64,000 nucleotides of DNA from NCBI RefSeq assembly GCF_009914755.1, contig NC_060926.1; one strand, 5' to 3'. Each line of letters begins with the position of its first letter. Position 1 is the first letter of the stretch. The position numbers and the translations under genes were made by a program. Shown here piece by piece: positions 11,251 through 23,900 of this stretch. The notes beneath the pieces are model-generated. The model had not been told where the DNA came from. It searched no databases and was given only the letters and a program-made list of their open reading frames with translations. This DNA comes from the human T2T-CHM13v2.0 reference genome, Homo sapiens.

Positions 11251-13769
11251 TTTCCCACAAAGCTAGAGAACTTCTTGTTTCTCATCATATTTCACCTTAT
11301 AATAAATTCCTGTGTTCTATGTACTCTTCTTCCTTAATTATATACCCCAAGATTGTATTTCTTTATTCTGTTGTCCTTTCAGACACCTCACACAGTACAT
11401 CTCTTTCTAGATAATCGATTCACATCCTACCTCCCCTGTCTTGAGATGTAGTTTGTTTTGGAAAACTATGTAGTATTATTGGTTCATTTATTTAAAATAA
11501 CAGTTGGCCCATTGTTGTATATTTTTGAATTGTTTGCATTATTCTGCCTTAAGTATTAATGATCTGTCCACTATAGTTTAATTTCACTTTCACACTTGAG
11601 GGATCTTTTATGTCTCCTTTATATTACTAATGTAAAAAGAAGTTGAGAGCATAAAACTATGACATATAGTTGGGAGATACTGACCCATTAGTCAACAGTT
11701 TCTAGGATACATTTGCAAAGTAGTTATGCATCCATTTACCTTATCTAACATTCTCTGTTTTGACTATTTTATATATAATACAGTTTGTCTGGCTTCACTT
11801 GCTCTAGTGGATTCCTGTCGTCTTTAAATGGTTGTTACACTTTTTCTAAAAGTGTAATACAGCTTTTATTGACATTAATTATACAACACTATAGCTTAAA
11901 TAATACAATTTTTGCTTTTTAAAATTTTATTTTAAAAAATCAGAATGGCATTTTCTTATGCACCTATTGTAGCAACCTCTCCCCAGTTCTCAAAGATTAT
12001 TGATGTTAAGCATTTTCATCCAAAAGTTTTCTTTAAATTCAGGAATAGAACGTATCTGGTCCAGGGAAACTAAATCTAGTTCATCCATAGATCTCTTGAA
12101 AATCCCTCCATAATATTTAAATTAAAATTCTTTTTATCATTATTCATTAAACCCTTTCTAGTCCCAAATCAGGGATTTCTTATCAAGAGGAACCCACATA
12201 GAACTAAAGAAGTGCTTCTTTATTAAACCTTTTAACACTCACTGGTTTGTCTCTATTGCTCTTATTCCAATAGAGCTCAAAATTCCTGTTTGGGTTTGTC
12301 CACACTGGGAGGTGAAATGTCATCTTGAGCACCTAACAGTAGTGTTATTCACTTAACTTGAGATTACTTTTACCTGTAGCAAAAATGGACTGCTCAGGTT
12401 CTTTTTTGTTATTGCCAGAGCAGCTTCTATTGACAAATAACACATTACAATAAGCTGGTTTAAAATGGTTAGATGTGTAGTATCGGCAGTAGAACAGAAT
12501 TTTGTTTGCTTTTCTATTTTAATCCAAGTATTTTTACTGAAATTAAACCTGATACCTCGGAATTATTAACACTAGAGTCTAACCATTTGAACTAATTGTG
12601 CAAAGGTGAGTTGAACTGGTAATACCATCGTTACAAACTATACGCAAGGCTATTTTCAGCCTTAATGAGAGAGGGCCAAGGATGAAAAATATAGTGATAA
12701 TACTAAATTAAAGATAAAATTATGTAAATGCTTCTTGTAATTTACCAGTGAAAAGGTTCTTGGCTCTGTCACCGTAGAAAAAGAAAAGTACTTAGGTTTA
12801 TGGAAGGCCTGCTAAATGTCAGGTATTTTTGCAAATACCATGTATTTGAGTCCAAAAATAGACCTTTGAATAATTATTGTCAATCTGTTTTATGGAACAG
12901 AACACGAAAGTTCAAGGAGTTTATGGTACATGGCAAATATAAAGAAAACTTTAAAATTTGTATGTTAATTCACTTCTTGGATAGACAAAGATAATTGCCC
13001 TAGGGAATTTTTATAGGTAGAGTTGTTATTTCATCAATAAGTAGGTAAATAAATGACTAAATACATAGATTTGCAGAATAACTTTTAAAATCTCAAACAT
13101 TTGTTTTCCTGGTCGAAATTTCCACTTCAATGAGCTTTGGCATAAATTCTCCATATCCTAGCATCACTACTGGGCTATAATTTTCTAGGATTCTGACTGT
13201 ACTTTTATCATCCATGCTCCTTTCTCTGGATTTACTCAAGCAAAGCCAATGAATGAAGGTTTCCTCTGATAGGCAATCTGTTCTGCTAGCATCAAAGAGC
13301 ATCTAGGACACATATCCTTGTGAACCTTCAGTACTACTGTGCAGTCTGGCATGAGTAGAGCAAGGACACGCTTGTGTGTGACCCCATGCCAGCCCACATC
13401 TCACAGTCTGTCAGCCTGTAACCTCCTTCTGTTCCCTCACCCTGGCCACCCTTGGCCTTTTGTGGTCAAAGTATATAATGTCTAAATAAGAATAATAATA
13501 AAAGTAATGGAAAACAAAATCTTGGATATCAGGTTTAAAGAGATCAGTACAAAGCCAATGCAGACATTTCAGGTTCTCAGGGATCATTTTCACAAATTTC
13601 CTCCCACAGGACTATATCCCAAGGAATTGACTGACTCTCAAACAAGATGATTTGACACAACCTGAGTTATAGCAGAAATGTATTACTGTTACTACTGGTA
13701 TGACTACAATTTAAACTACAGTGACAACTTCTATGACTGCTACTATTTCCATTACTTTGGCTGCCATCA

Positions 13770-13980
13770 AACATGTATAGGGCATTTAGTACTTTCCAGA
13801 AACTGCACCAAAATTTTACATGGATTATATATTTAGCCTGTGAAAAATTATATTGGAGAAGGTACTGTTTTTTTTTTTTTTTAATATGGGGAAAAAGAGA
13901 TTTAGAAATTTTCAGCAAATTGCCCCAATTCACACAACTGGTAACTTCTCAGTTAGACTGACATCATGATAGTTCTCTGG
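13770..13980 (-). mobile_element. MIR SINE
   Basis: Degenerate MIR (aaattgccccaattcacacaactggtaa). Confidence 0.5.
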
Positions 13981-14439
13981 CTGCTACTATTCTTGTTACT
14001 GCTGGTATTAGCACAGTGAGCTCAAAGTCATATTTGTCTAATCAAAAAACTATGGTCTTAATTATTTACATCATGTTGTTCAATGCAGTACTAACAATTA
14101 AATATTAAAAGTTGAATATTATCTCTAAAAATTCATTAAATAAAGAATTAAAGAAAGAAAGAAAACTTCCCAGCCAACATGACTTCCATAGAGTGAGGTA
14201 TGATACTGGTAAAAACTCTTCACTTCTGGGAGAATAAGTGTTTAAAAATACAATTGACTAAAAATTAATATGCTAAATTTTATAATATCACTCAATGAAG
14301 CAAAAATATTTATTGTATAGAGTCTAAGAAATTATCATTTTTAAATTTCTCCCCATTTTTATTGAGGTATAACTAATGAATTAAGTTGTATATATTTAAT
14401 GTATACCTATAATATTTTCAAAATCAGTTTTGTTGCCAA

Positions 14440-16433
14440 TTTTTCTGGTTTGATTTCTCCCCTCCTCTGAAACACATCTAAAATTTAATTTCAAATAAAT
14501 AGCACTGGGAGGTGGGGCTTTGTAGGGTGATGAGGTCATTAGAGCTCTGCCCTCATGAATGGATTAATGCCATTAGCATGAGAGTGGATTCTTTATTGTG
14601 GGAGTGCGCTCCTGATAAAAAGATGAGTTTCTGGTCCAATTTTCTTTTTCTGTCTTCACTGTTCGCTTCTGCCTTCTGCCTTCTACCTTCTGCCAGGAGA
14701 TATCCCTGGCAGATGCCGCACCATACTCTTGGACTTCCCACCCTCCAGAAACATGAACCAAATAAACTGCTAATGCTTATAAATTATACAGGATGTAGTA
14801 TTCCATTATAGCAGCAGAAAACAGACTAAGACAGAAAATTGGTACTAAGAAGTGAGATTGTTGCTATAACAAATATCTGATAATATGAAAGCAACTTTGA
14901 AACCGGACAATAGGTAGAGGCTAGAAGAATTTGGATGAGTAAGCTAGTAAAGCCTGGATTGCCATGAATGTAGCAGTAAGGGCACTCCTGGTGAGAGTTC
15001 AGGAAAAAAGGATACCCTTAAAGTTTGAATTTTCTTAGAGATTACTTAAATGATTGTGATTAGAATATTAATAGGAATATGGACAATAAAGGTCATTCTG
15101 CTAAGGTCTCAGGCAGAATAAAAAAGTCCTATTTGGAAATGAAGTATAGACTATTCTTGTTATAAAGTGGCAAGAATGTTGGCAGAATTATGTCCATGTC
15201 ATAGGACTTCATGAGACCTGAAATTTAAGAACAGTGGGCTAGGATATCTACTGAAAGAAATATCAAAGCAGCAAAGCATTCAGGCTGCTGTATGATTACT
15301 TTTAACCACATACACTGAGATATGAGAGCAAAAAGACGACCTCAAATTAGAATTTAAAATTAAAAGGAAAATAGAAAAGAATTAGAAAATTCACAGCCTA
15401 ATTATGTAGAGAATAAAAAAGCATGCTTGGGAGAGATTGCTAAAGGCTTGGGCAAATGACTACTTGCTAAGGAGATTAGCACAGATAGAAGGGATCATCA
15501 AGACAATGCGAGAATGACCCCAAAGTTTCCAGAGATCTTCAAGGCTGCCCCTCCCATCATAGACCCAGAGCTCTAGTGGGGCTGAATGGTTTTATGGGAT
15601 GGGCCCAGGGAATCCTCCATGGGTTCACCCATGGGCTCAGACCCACCTCAGGTCTCTGCTTCCCAAATTCTGGTGCAGTGCTCCCAGGTCACCCCAGTCA
15701 TGACTTAAGTGGGCCCAGGTGCTGCCGCTCAACCTACTGCTCCAGAAGGTACAGTGATAAAACTTGGCAGTGTCCACATAGCTCTAATTCTGCAGACGCA
15801 AAGAATGCAAGAGCTACAGGGGAAACAATTACTCCTCCCAGGTCTCGTCTCACAGGATGTCATGGGCAGCCGGGGGCCATGGCAGAAATTTTTTGTAGAG
15901 AGGCAGAACCACTGAGGAGAGCACCCACTAGGACACTGCCAAGCAGAAATGTGGGATTGGAGCTGATACAGAGTCCCTGCTAGGGCAATGCCTAATGAAG
16001 AGTGGCTACTAATGGAGTAAGTCTACTCCCAAGACCCCTGAACTGTAGAACTACCAGCTTACAACCAAAACTCATGTAGAAATTTAATTGCCAGTGTCAC
16101 AGAATTGGAAAGTAAGGCCTTTAAGAGGTGATTACGTCAGGAGGATTTTGCCCTCATTAATGAAGTAATTCTATTATTGTGAGAGTAGGTTAGTTATTGC
16201 AGGAGTGGGCTCCTGATAAAAGAATGAGTTTAGCTCAAAAACCTCTCTGTGTCTTGAATGCTTGCTGCCCCCTTCAGCCTTCTCCCTTATGCTATGAGGT
16301 GACCCTAGCCAGATGCTAGCACCATACTCTTAGACTTTCTAGCTTCCAAAACCATGAATCAAATAAACTTCTGTTGTCAATAAAGTACTCAGTCTGTGGT
16401 ATTTTTTACATCAGCAGAAAATGGTCTGAAACA
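14440..16433 (+). mobile_element. MST (MSTC/D-like) MaLR provirus: 5' LTR ~14440-14833, internal ~14834-16065, 5'-clipped 3' LTR ~16065-16433
   Basis: Both LTR copies end in agcagaaaa...aca. The internal region starts gaaaattggtact directly after the first LTR. Confidence 0.85.
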
Positions 16434-17109
16434 CCAATGATTCATTGAGAGTAAATAAAGCAATAGAGATGCATTCAGTGTTCTGAGCATTGCAGACGGG
16501 AGCCTGTGACACAAAAAGTGTCATCTGTTATGTGTAATGTAATGGTAACAAAGTTGAAAACCACTTTCCAGAGGATTGGGGCCCCCAGAGACTTGGCTGT
16601 TAAAAGATATTTCTGAATAAGTGGTAGAACACATCGATTACATCTCTCTCCCTCTCTCTTTCCTCCCACTTTCTCTCTTACTCTTGTTCTTTGACTTCAT
16701 TTTCATTTTCTTTGACTTCCTTCTTCTAAATATGTATACATAGAATCCCCAAGTTTGGCATTTTCGAAAAATAGAATCAGAATAATATATAGAGGTGCAC
16801 AAGAGCAACCACTGTGTAAATTCCAGTTATTCATTTGTTTATTTTATTTGAAACTACTAGTAGGTATATTTAGAATTATAATTATAATATGTATAGTGTG
16901 TGAAGTAAAGGTAGTGTATATAAATATATACTTATCATTTACAGCTGCATAATTATGTGATCAGTGAGGTTTAAAGTTAGCTGTAGCACATGGAAAGTCC
17001 TACTACGCAGAAAAGATGGTTGCCTAAGTTCTCCCGCCAAATTTAATAATGACTTGGCTTTGTAGCCTAATGTTTTATCTTATCTCATATTACTTCATAA
17101 TTACATTTG

Positions 17110-17915
17110 TCTCTTCTTTCAGTAATTGATAGAACAAAAGTCAGAAAATCAATAAAATATATGACCTTTGAATGCCACTTTCAATCAACGTGACCTAAAT
17201 GACATTTATAAAACATATCACCCAGCAACAGCAGAATACACATTTATTTTCACTATATATAGGACATTTACCTAGATAGAGCATATGCTAGGACATTAAA
17301 CAAGACTCAAAATTAAAGCAGATTAAAGTCATATAGAGTATATTCTTTGATTAAAAACATAATAAATTAGAAATAACAAAAATATGCTGACAAGTCACAA
17401 AATTTTTTAAAATTAAACAGTACACTTTTTTTTTTTTTTGAGATGGAGTGTCTGTCACTCTGTTGCCGAGGCTGGAGTTCAGTAGTGCGATCTTGGCTCA
17501 TTACAACCTCTGCCTTTGGGTTCAACTGATTCTCCTGCCTCAGCCTGAGACTCCCTAGTAGCTGGGACTACAGGTGCCCACCACTATGCCTGGCTAATTT
17601 TTGTATTTTTAGTAGATACGGGATTTCACCATATTGGCCAGGCTGGTCTCAAAGTGCTGACCTTGTGATCCGCCCACCTCAGCCTCCCAAGGTGCTGGGA
17701 TTACAGGCATGAGCCACCATGCCCTGCCTAAACAATACACTTCTAAGTAATTTTTGGCTCAAAGAAGACATCACAAAAATAATTAAAAACATTTTGAATT
17801 GAAAGAAAATGAAAACATATAAACATTTGTGAGATGGAGCTAAAGCAGTCTTCAGAGAAAAAAATATAGTATTAAATGTGTATATTTGAAAAACATGAAA
17901 GATCAAATTATGATC
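17110..17915 (+). mobile_element. Old L1M ORF2 (endonuclease region) fragment, interrupted by an Alu
   Basis: ccagcaacagcagaatacacatt...aataaattagaaata...catttgtgagatggagctaaagcagt are L1 ORF2 motifs. Confidence 0.8.
17426..17728 (-). mobile_element. AluS (Sg/Sc-like), full length
   Basis: Dimeric Alu with TSD taaaca(g/a)tacactt on both sides. Confidence 0.93.
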
Positions 17916-17916
17916 T

Positions 17917-19038
17917 TGGAGGAGGCAAAACAAGGTGGCTGAATAGAAGCCTCCAGTGATGGTTATCCCTGCAGGGACACCACATTGAACAAATATCCGC
18001 ATGAGAAAGCACTTTCATGAGAACCAGGCGGGTGAGTAACCACAGTGTTGGTTTTAACATCATATTTAAAAAGGAGGCACTGAAGAGAGTAGGAAAGACC
18101 ATTTGAATTACCAACAACACCCCTCCCTCATCTCCTGGCAGTAGTCACATGGCACATAGAAAGAATCTGTGTGCATAGGGAGAGAGAGTGTAGTGATTGT
18201 GGGACTTTGCGTTAAAACTCAATGCTGCCCTGTCACAGAGAAAAGCAACATGGGACAGAATTCAGCCAGTGCCCATGGAGGGGGCATTTAGACCAGCCCT
18301 AGCCAAAGGGGAATTGCCCATCTTAGTGGTTAGAACCTGAGTTCCAACTAACCCTACCAACACATGCTAAAGCGCTCTCAGGCCTAAATAGACTATAAAG
18401 GCAGTCTAGGACACAAGGACTGCAGTTTCTGGGCAAGTCCACATGCTATGCTGGGCTTAGAGCCAGTGGACTTGGAGTGCACAAGACCTAGTGAGACACT
18501 GGCCAGGGTGGCCAAGGGACTGCTTTCTTCACTCCTCCCCCAACCCTAGGCAGTATAACATGCACTTCGAGGAGAGACCCCTTCCTTCCACGTGAGGAGT
18601 GAAGAGGGGAAAGTGAAGAGGACTTTGTCTTCCAACTTGGATGGCAGCTCAGCCACAGTAGAATAGGGCCAGGTAGAGTCATGTGGCCCCCTTTCCAGGC
18701 CCCAGGTCCTGGATGACATTTCTAGACAGAGCCTGGGCCAGAAGGAAGACTGCTGCATGGAAGGGAAAGACCTGGGCCTGGAAGAATTCATTATTTGATG
18801 ACCAAAGGGCCCTTGGACCTTGAATAAACAGCAATTGCACCCAGGCAGTACTTGCCACAGACCCAGGATGAGACCCAGGGCTGTGCTGACTTCAGGTGTG
18901 ATCAAGCACATGTCTAGCTGTGGCAGCCGTGGGAGGAGACTCCTTTTGCTTAAGAAAACAAACAAACAAACAAAACAAAAACCTTTAGAGTAAAAGGGTA
19001 TTGTCTAGCAGCTTGGGCACCAATGTGGCCATAGCAGT
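17917..19038 (+). mobile_element. L1MA-type (L1M1-like) 5'UTR
   Basis: caaggtggctgaatagaagcctcc...gaacaaatatcc...aagcactttcatgagaacc resembles the recalled L1M1/L1MA 5' end. Confidence 0.75.
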
Positions 19039-20080
19039 TGTATTAAGCTGTTCTTGAATTTCTATTAAGAAATACCCGAGTCTGGGTAATTTATTGTTAA
19101 AAGAGATTTCACAGTTCTGAAGGCTTTACAGGAAGCATGATGCTGGCATCTGCTCTGCTTCTGGGGAGGCCTCAGGAACCTTACAATCATGATGGAAGGT
19201 GAAGGTTCAGCAAGCACATTAAATGGCCAGAGCAGGAACAAGAGAGAGACAGAAGGAAGGTGCTACACAGTTTTAAATAATCACATCTCATGAGAACACA
19301 CTCACTCTTGCAGGGACAATAACAAGGAGATGATGCTACACCAATCATAAGAAATCTACCCCCATGATCTAATCACCTTCCATCAGGCCCCACCTCCAAC
19401 ATTGGGGATTACATTTCAACATGAGATTTTGGTGGGACTTCATTGCTCTCCAGACCCCCAAATCTCATGTACTTCTTGCATTGCAAAATGCAATAATGTC
19501 TTCCCAATCGTCCCTTAAAGTCTTAACTCATTGCATCATTAACTCAACATTTCAAATTCCAAAGTCTCATCTAACACAAGGCAAGTTCCTCCCAACTGTG
19601 GGCCTATAAAATCAAAAAACATCAGTTTATTCAGAGATACAACAGGTTGTAGGCATTGGGTTAAACATTACCCTTCAAAAAAGGCGAAATCAGCCAAAAG
19701 AAAGGGGCTATGGCCTCACACATATTTGAAAACCAGCAGGACAGTCATTAAATATTAAAATTCAAACATAATCTTCTTTGACTCACATCTATGGCACATT
19801 GCTGTGAAAAAGTAGACTTCCAAGGCCTTGAGCAGCTGTGCCCCCAAGTCTTTGCAGTGTTCAGTGCCTGCAGCTGCTCTCACAGGTTGTAGTTGGATGC
19901 GTCCAGCTTTTTCATGTTTTCATGTTCATGATGCAAGCTGCCAATTGACCTACCATTCTGGAGTCCAGAGGGAGGTGGCCATCTTCTCATAGCTCTACTA
20001 GGCAGGACCCAGTGAGGACTCTGTGTGCAGGCTCCAACCCCACATTTTACCTCCACACTATCTCAGTATAGGTTCCCAAT
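19039..20080 (-). mobile_element. MSTA-like MaLR LTR (~19039-19440) plus partial internal sequence
   Basis: tgtattaagctgttcttg...caggaagcatgatgctggcatctgct...ccacctccaacattgggg, then ccccaaatctcatg...aaagtcttaactc internal motifs. Confidence 0.88.
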
Positions 20081-20084
20081 TAGT

Positions 20085-20950
20085 GTTTCTAAAATTTATA
20101 TGGAACCAAAAAAGACCCAGAATAGTCAAATGCATCTTGAGAAAACAAAACATAACAAACTGGAGTAATTACATTTCCTGACACCAAATATTACCATAGA
20201 GCTATAGTAACAAAAACAGCATGGTACTGCCATAAAAACAGATACATAGACTGAAGGAAAAGAACAAAACACAGAGATCCATAGATCTACAGTGAACTAA
20301 TATTCAAAAGAGGTGCCAAAAACATACATTGGGAAAAGGATTTTCTCTGCAATAAATGGTGCTGGGAAAACTGGATATCCATATGCAGAAGAATAGAGCT
20401 AGACCCATATCTCCTGCCACATACAAAAATAAAATCAAAATGGATTAAAGACTTAAATCTATGAAACTTCTAACTATGAAACCACTAAAAGAAAACGTTA
20501 AAGAAATTCTCCAGGACATTGCCCCGGGCAAAGATTTCTTGGATAAAACCCCATAAGTACAGGCAACCAAATCAAAAATAGACAAATGGGAGCACAGCAA
20601 GTTAAAAAGCTTCAGAACAGCTAAGTAAACAATCAATTAAGTGAAAGGAAAACACAAAAAATGGATGAAAATATTTGCAAACTATCCATCTAACATGGGA
20701 TATATAACCAAAATATATAGGAATATATAATAAATAAGAATATATAAGAAGCTTAAATAACTCTATAGGAAAACAATCTATTAATACAATTTAAAAATGT
20801 GTGAAATATGTAAATAGATACTGCCTGGGAGACACAGTGAGACGCCGTCTCAAAAAAGAAAAACAAAAAGACATAAAAATGGCTACCTAGTACATGAAAA
20901 GGTGCTCAAAATCATTTATCATCAGAATAATACAAATGAAAACTACACTG
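20085..20950 (+). mobile_element. L1MA ORF2 3' part (resumes at 27220)
   Basis: aaaatttatatggaacc...aaacagcatggtactg...aataaatggtgctgggaaaactggata ORF2 motifs. Confidence 0.85.
20821..20870 (+). mobile_element. Extremely 5'-truncated Alu (last ~30 nt plus tail)
   Basis: gcctgggagacacagtgagacgccgtctcaaaaaagaaaaac. Confidence 0.75.
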
Positions 20951-23900
20951 AGGAGGAGGCAGGACTAACTTGCAGCTCCCACTCAGATGGACAGAGTAGC
21001 ATGTGGAGACTCACGCTTTTGCTCCAATAACTACGACAGGAAAATACCAGGAAAGCTGAGAGAATCCACATATCCTTTGAAGGAAGTGGCTTGCTGTTGC
21101 AGGATCTATGAGGCAGCTGAAAAACTGTGAGTACCCAAAGTATGAGAAGGGAAACCTCCAGCCCCAGACACACATCCCCACTGGGGAACCTCAAGGTCCA
21201 AATCATGTGAAAAGGATTTGACCTTACCTGGAGCTGAGACAAATCTAGAGAGCTGAGCAAACTATAGGGGTAGACAAAGCAGCAGAAAGAGCCCTGTGGG
21301 CACTCTCAGTCCCCAGGAAAATCATTCCTGACTTTGTTTCATAGGAATCCTTGGGGAGGGCTGCCAGTGGAATTAGGGACAGACCACAGGGAGAAGGAAA
21401 CTTCCAGCTGAACTTTGTAACAATATCGACCGAACATGAAGTTTCCTTAACAGAATCTGTGGAAGGGGGTGAATGGGGAGAGCAGATATGAGCCCAGGAA
21501 CAGTGACAGGTGGGGAGACATGAAAGCTGAAAGCCTTGCTTGCTTTCTCAGCAGTGGGTCTCATAGCCTGGGGGAAGTTCTCAGCCCTGCTCACCAGCTG
21601 CCTGGAAATAAACCCAGTGCTTTTGAGGGAGAACAGTGGGAGTGAGACTGGCATTTTGGGCTATGTGAGAGCTGGGTGAGGCCCGTAACTGCCGGCTTTT
21701 CCCCACTTCCATGGCAACCTGTATGACACAGTAGAGGCAGCTGTAATCTCCTTGGGAATGTAACTTCATTGGCCTGAGAACCACACCCTCATCTCCCATG
21801 GCAGCATCACCAAGCGCCACCCAAGGAGAGTCTGAGCTCAGACATGCCTAACCCTGCCCCAAACTGATGGTCTTTCTCTACCCATCCTCATAGCTTAAGA
21901 CAAAGGACGTAATCTCTTGAGAGCTCTCTGGGCCCATCCACTGCCTGAAATACTTATACAGGTGACCCTAGCACAAGCTTGTATCCTCCCTATGCAAACA
22001 CAGCTGATGCTGTCACCTCCTGGTGAAGCGCCACCTCCTGGCTAGAGGCCAAACAACACAAAACCAGCACACTGAACAAAACTACAACCAATGTCCTCAC
22101 AAAGTCCACTTTACTCCCCTGCTACCTCCAGCAGAGCAGGTGCTGATATCCATGGCTGAGAGACCTGAAGACAGCTCACATCACAGGATTCTTTGCAGAC
22201 GCTCCTCATTACCAGCCCAGAGACTGGTAGCTCCACTGGGTGGCTAGGCTCAGAAGAGAACTAACAATCACTGAGTTTGGCTATCAGGAAGACCCATCCC
22301 TAGGGGAAGAGGGAGAGCACCACATCAAGAGGGCACCCCATTGAATAAAAAAATCTGAGCAACAGCCCTTGAGCCCCAGATCTTCCCTCTGACATAGTCT
22401 ACCCAAATGAGAAGGAACCAGAAAAACGATTCTGGTAATATGACAAAACAAGGTTTTTAACACACCCAAAATATCACACTAGCTCACCAGCAATGGATCC
22501 AAGCGAAGAAGAAATCTCTGAATTGCCAGATAAGTAATTCAGAGGGTTGATTATTAAGCTACTGAAGGAGGCACCAGAGAAAGGTGAATACCAATTTAAA
22601 TAAATTAAAAGAAAATGATACAGCATATGGACAAAAAAAACTCCAGAGAAATAGCATAAGTAAAAAAACAGTCACAACTTCTGGAAACAAAGGACACACT
22701 TAGAGAAATGCAAAATACACTGGAATGTCTCAGCAATAGAATCAAACAAGTAGAGAAGAGAACTTAAAATCTCAAAGACAAAGCTTTTGAATTTGTCTAA
22801 TCTAACAAACACAAAGAAAAAAGATTAAGAAAATATGAACAAACTCTCCAAGAAGTTTGAGATTATGTTATGTGACCAAACCTGATAATCATTGGTATTC
22901 CCCAGGACAAAGAGAAATCAAAAAGTTTGAAAAACATATTTGAGGGAAGAATTGGGGAAAATTTTCCCAGCCTTGCTAAAGAGCTAGACATCGAAATACA
23001 GAAAGTCAAAGAACACCCAGGAAATTCATTACAAAAGTATCATTGCCTAGGTACATAGTCATCAGATAACCTTAAGAAGAAGGAAAGAATCTTAAGAGCT
23101 GTCAGGCAAAAACATCAGGTAACCTATAAAGGAAAACATATTAGATTAACAGCAGATTTCTTAACAGAAACCCTGCAAGCTAGAAGGGACTGGTGTCCTA
23201 TCGTTAGCCTCCAGAAAAAAAATTGTCAGCCAATAATTTTGTATCCAGTGAAACTAAGCTTCATAAATGAAGGAAAGACACAGTCTTTTTCCAGAAAAAT
23301 GCTGCGAGAATTCACCACTACCATGTCAGCACTACAAGAACTGGTAAAAAGAGCTCCAAATCTTGAAACAAATCCTCAAAATACACCAAAATAGAACCTC
23401 TTTAAAGCATAAACCTCACAGGAATCACAAAACAATAACACAATGAAAAAACAACAACAACAAAAGTATTCAGGCAACAGCTAGCATGATGAATAGAATA
23501 GTACCTCACATCTCAAAACAAATGTTGAGTGTAAATGGCCTAAAGGCTCCACTTAAAAAACACAGAATGCCAGAATTGATAAAAAGTCATCAACCAAGTA
23601 TCCGCTGCCTTCAAGAGACTTACCTAACACATGAGAACTCACATAAAATAAAAGGGTGGGAAAAAAATTCCATGCAAATGATCACCAAAAATGAGCAGGG
23701 GTAGCTATTCTTAAATCAGACAAAACAAATTTTAAAACAAAATCAGTTTAAAAAAAGCAAAGAGGGACATTATATAAAATCAAAGGACTAGTCCAACAGG
23801 AAAGTATCACAATCCTAAATATATGTGCACCTAACACTGGAGCACCCAAATTTATAAAACAATTACTCCTAGACCTAAGAAATGAGGTAGACAGCAACAG

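Noticed and set aside
13338-13398. ctggcatg...catgccag hairpin as a possible pre-miRNA
   Set aside because: The stem is only ~8 bp, which is expected by chance in 64 kb.
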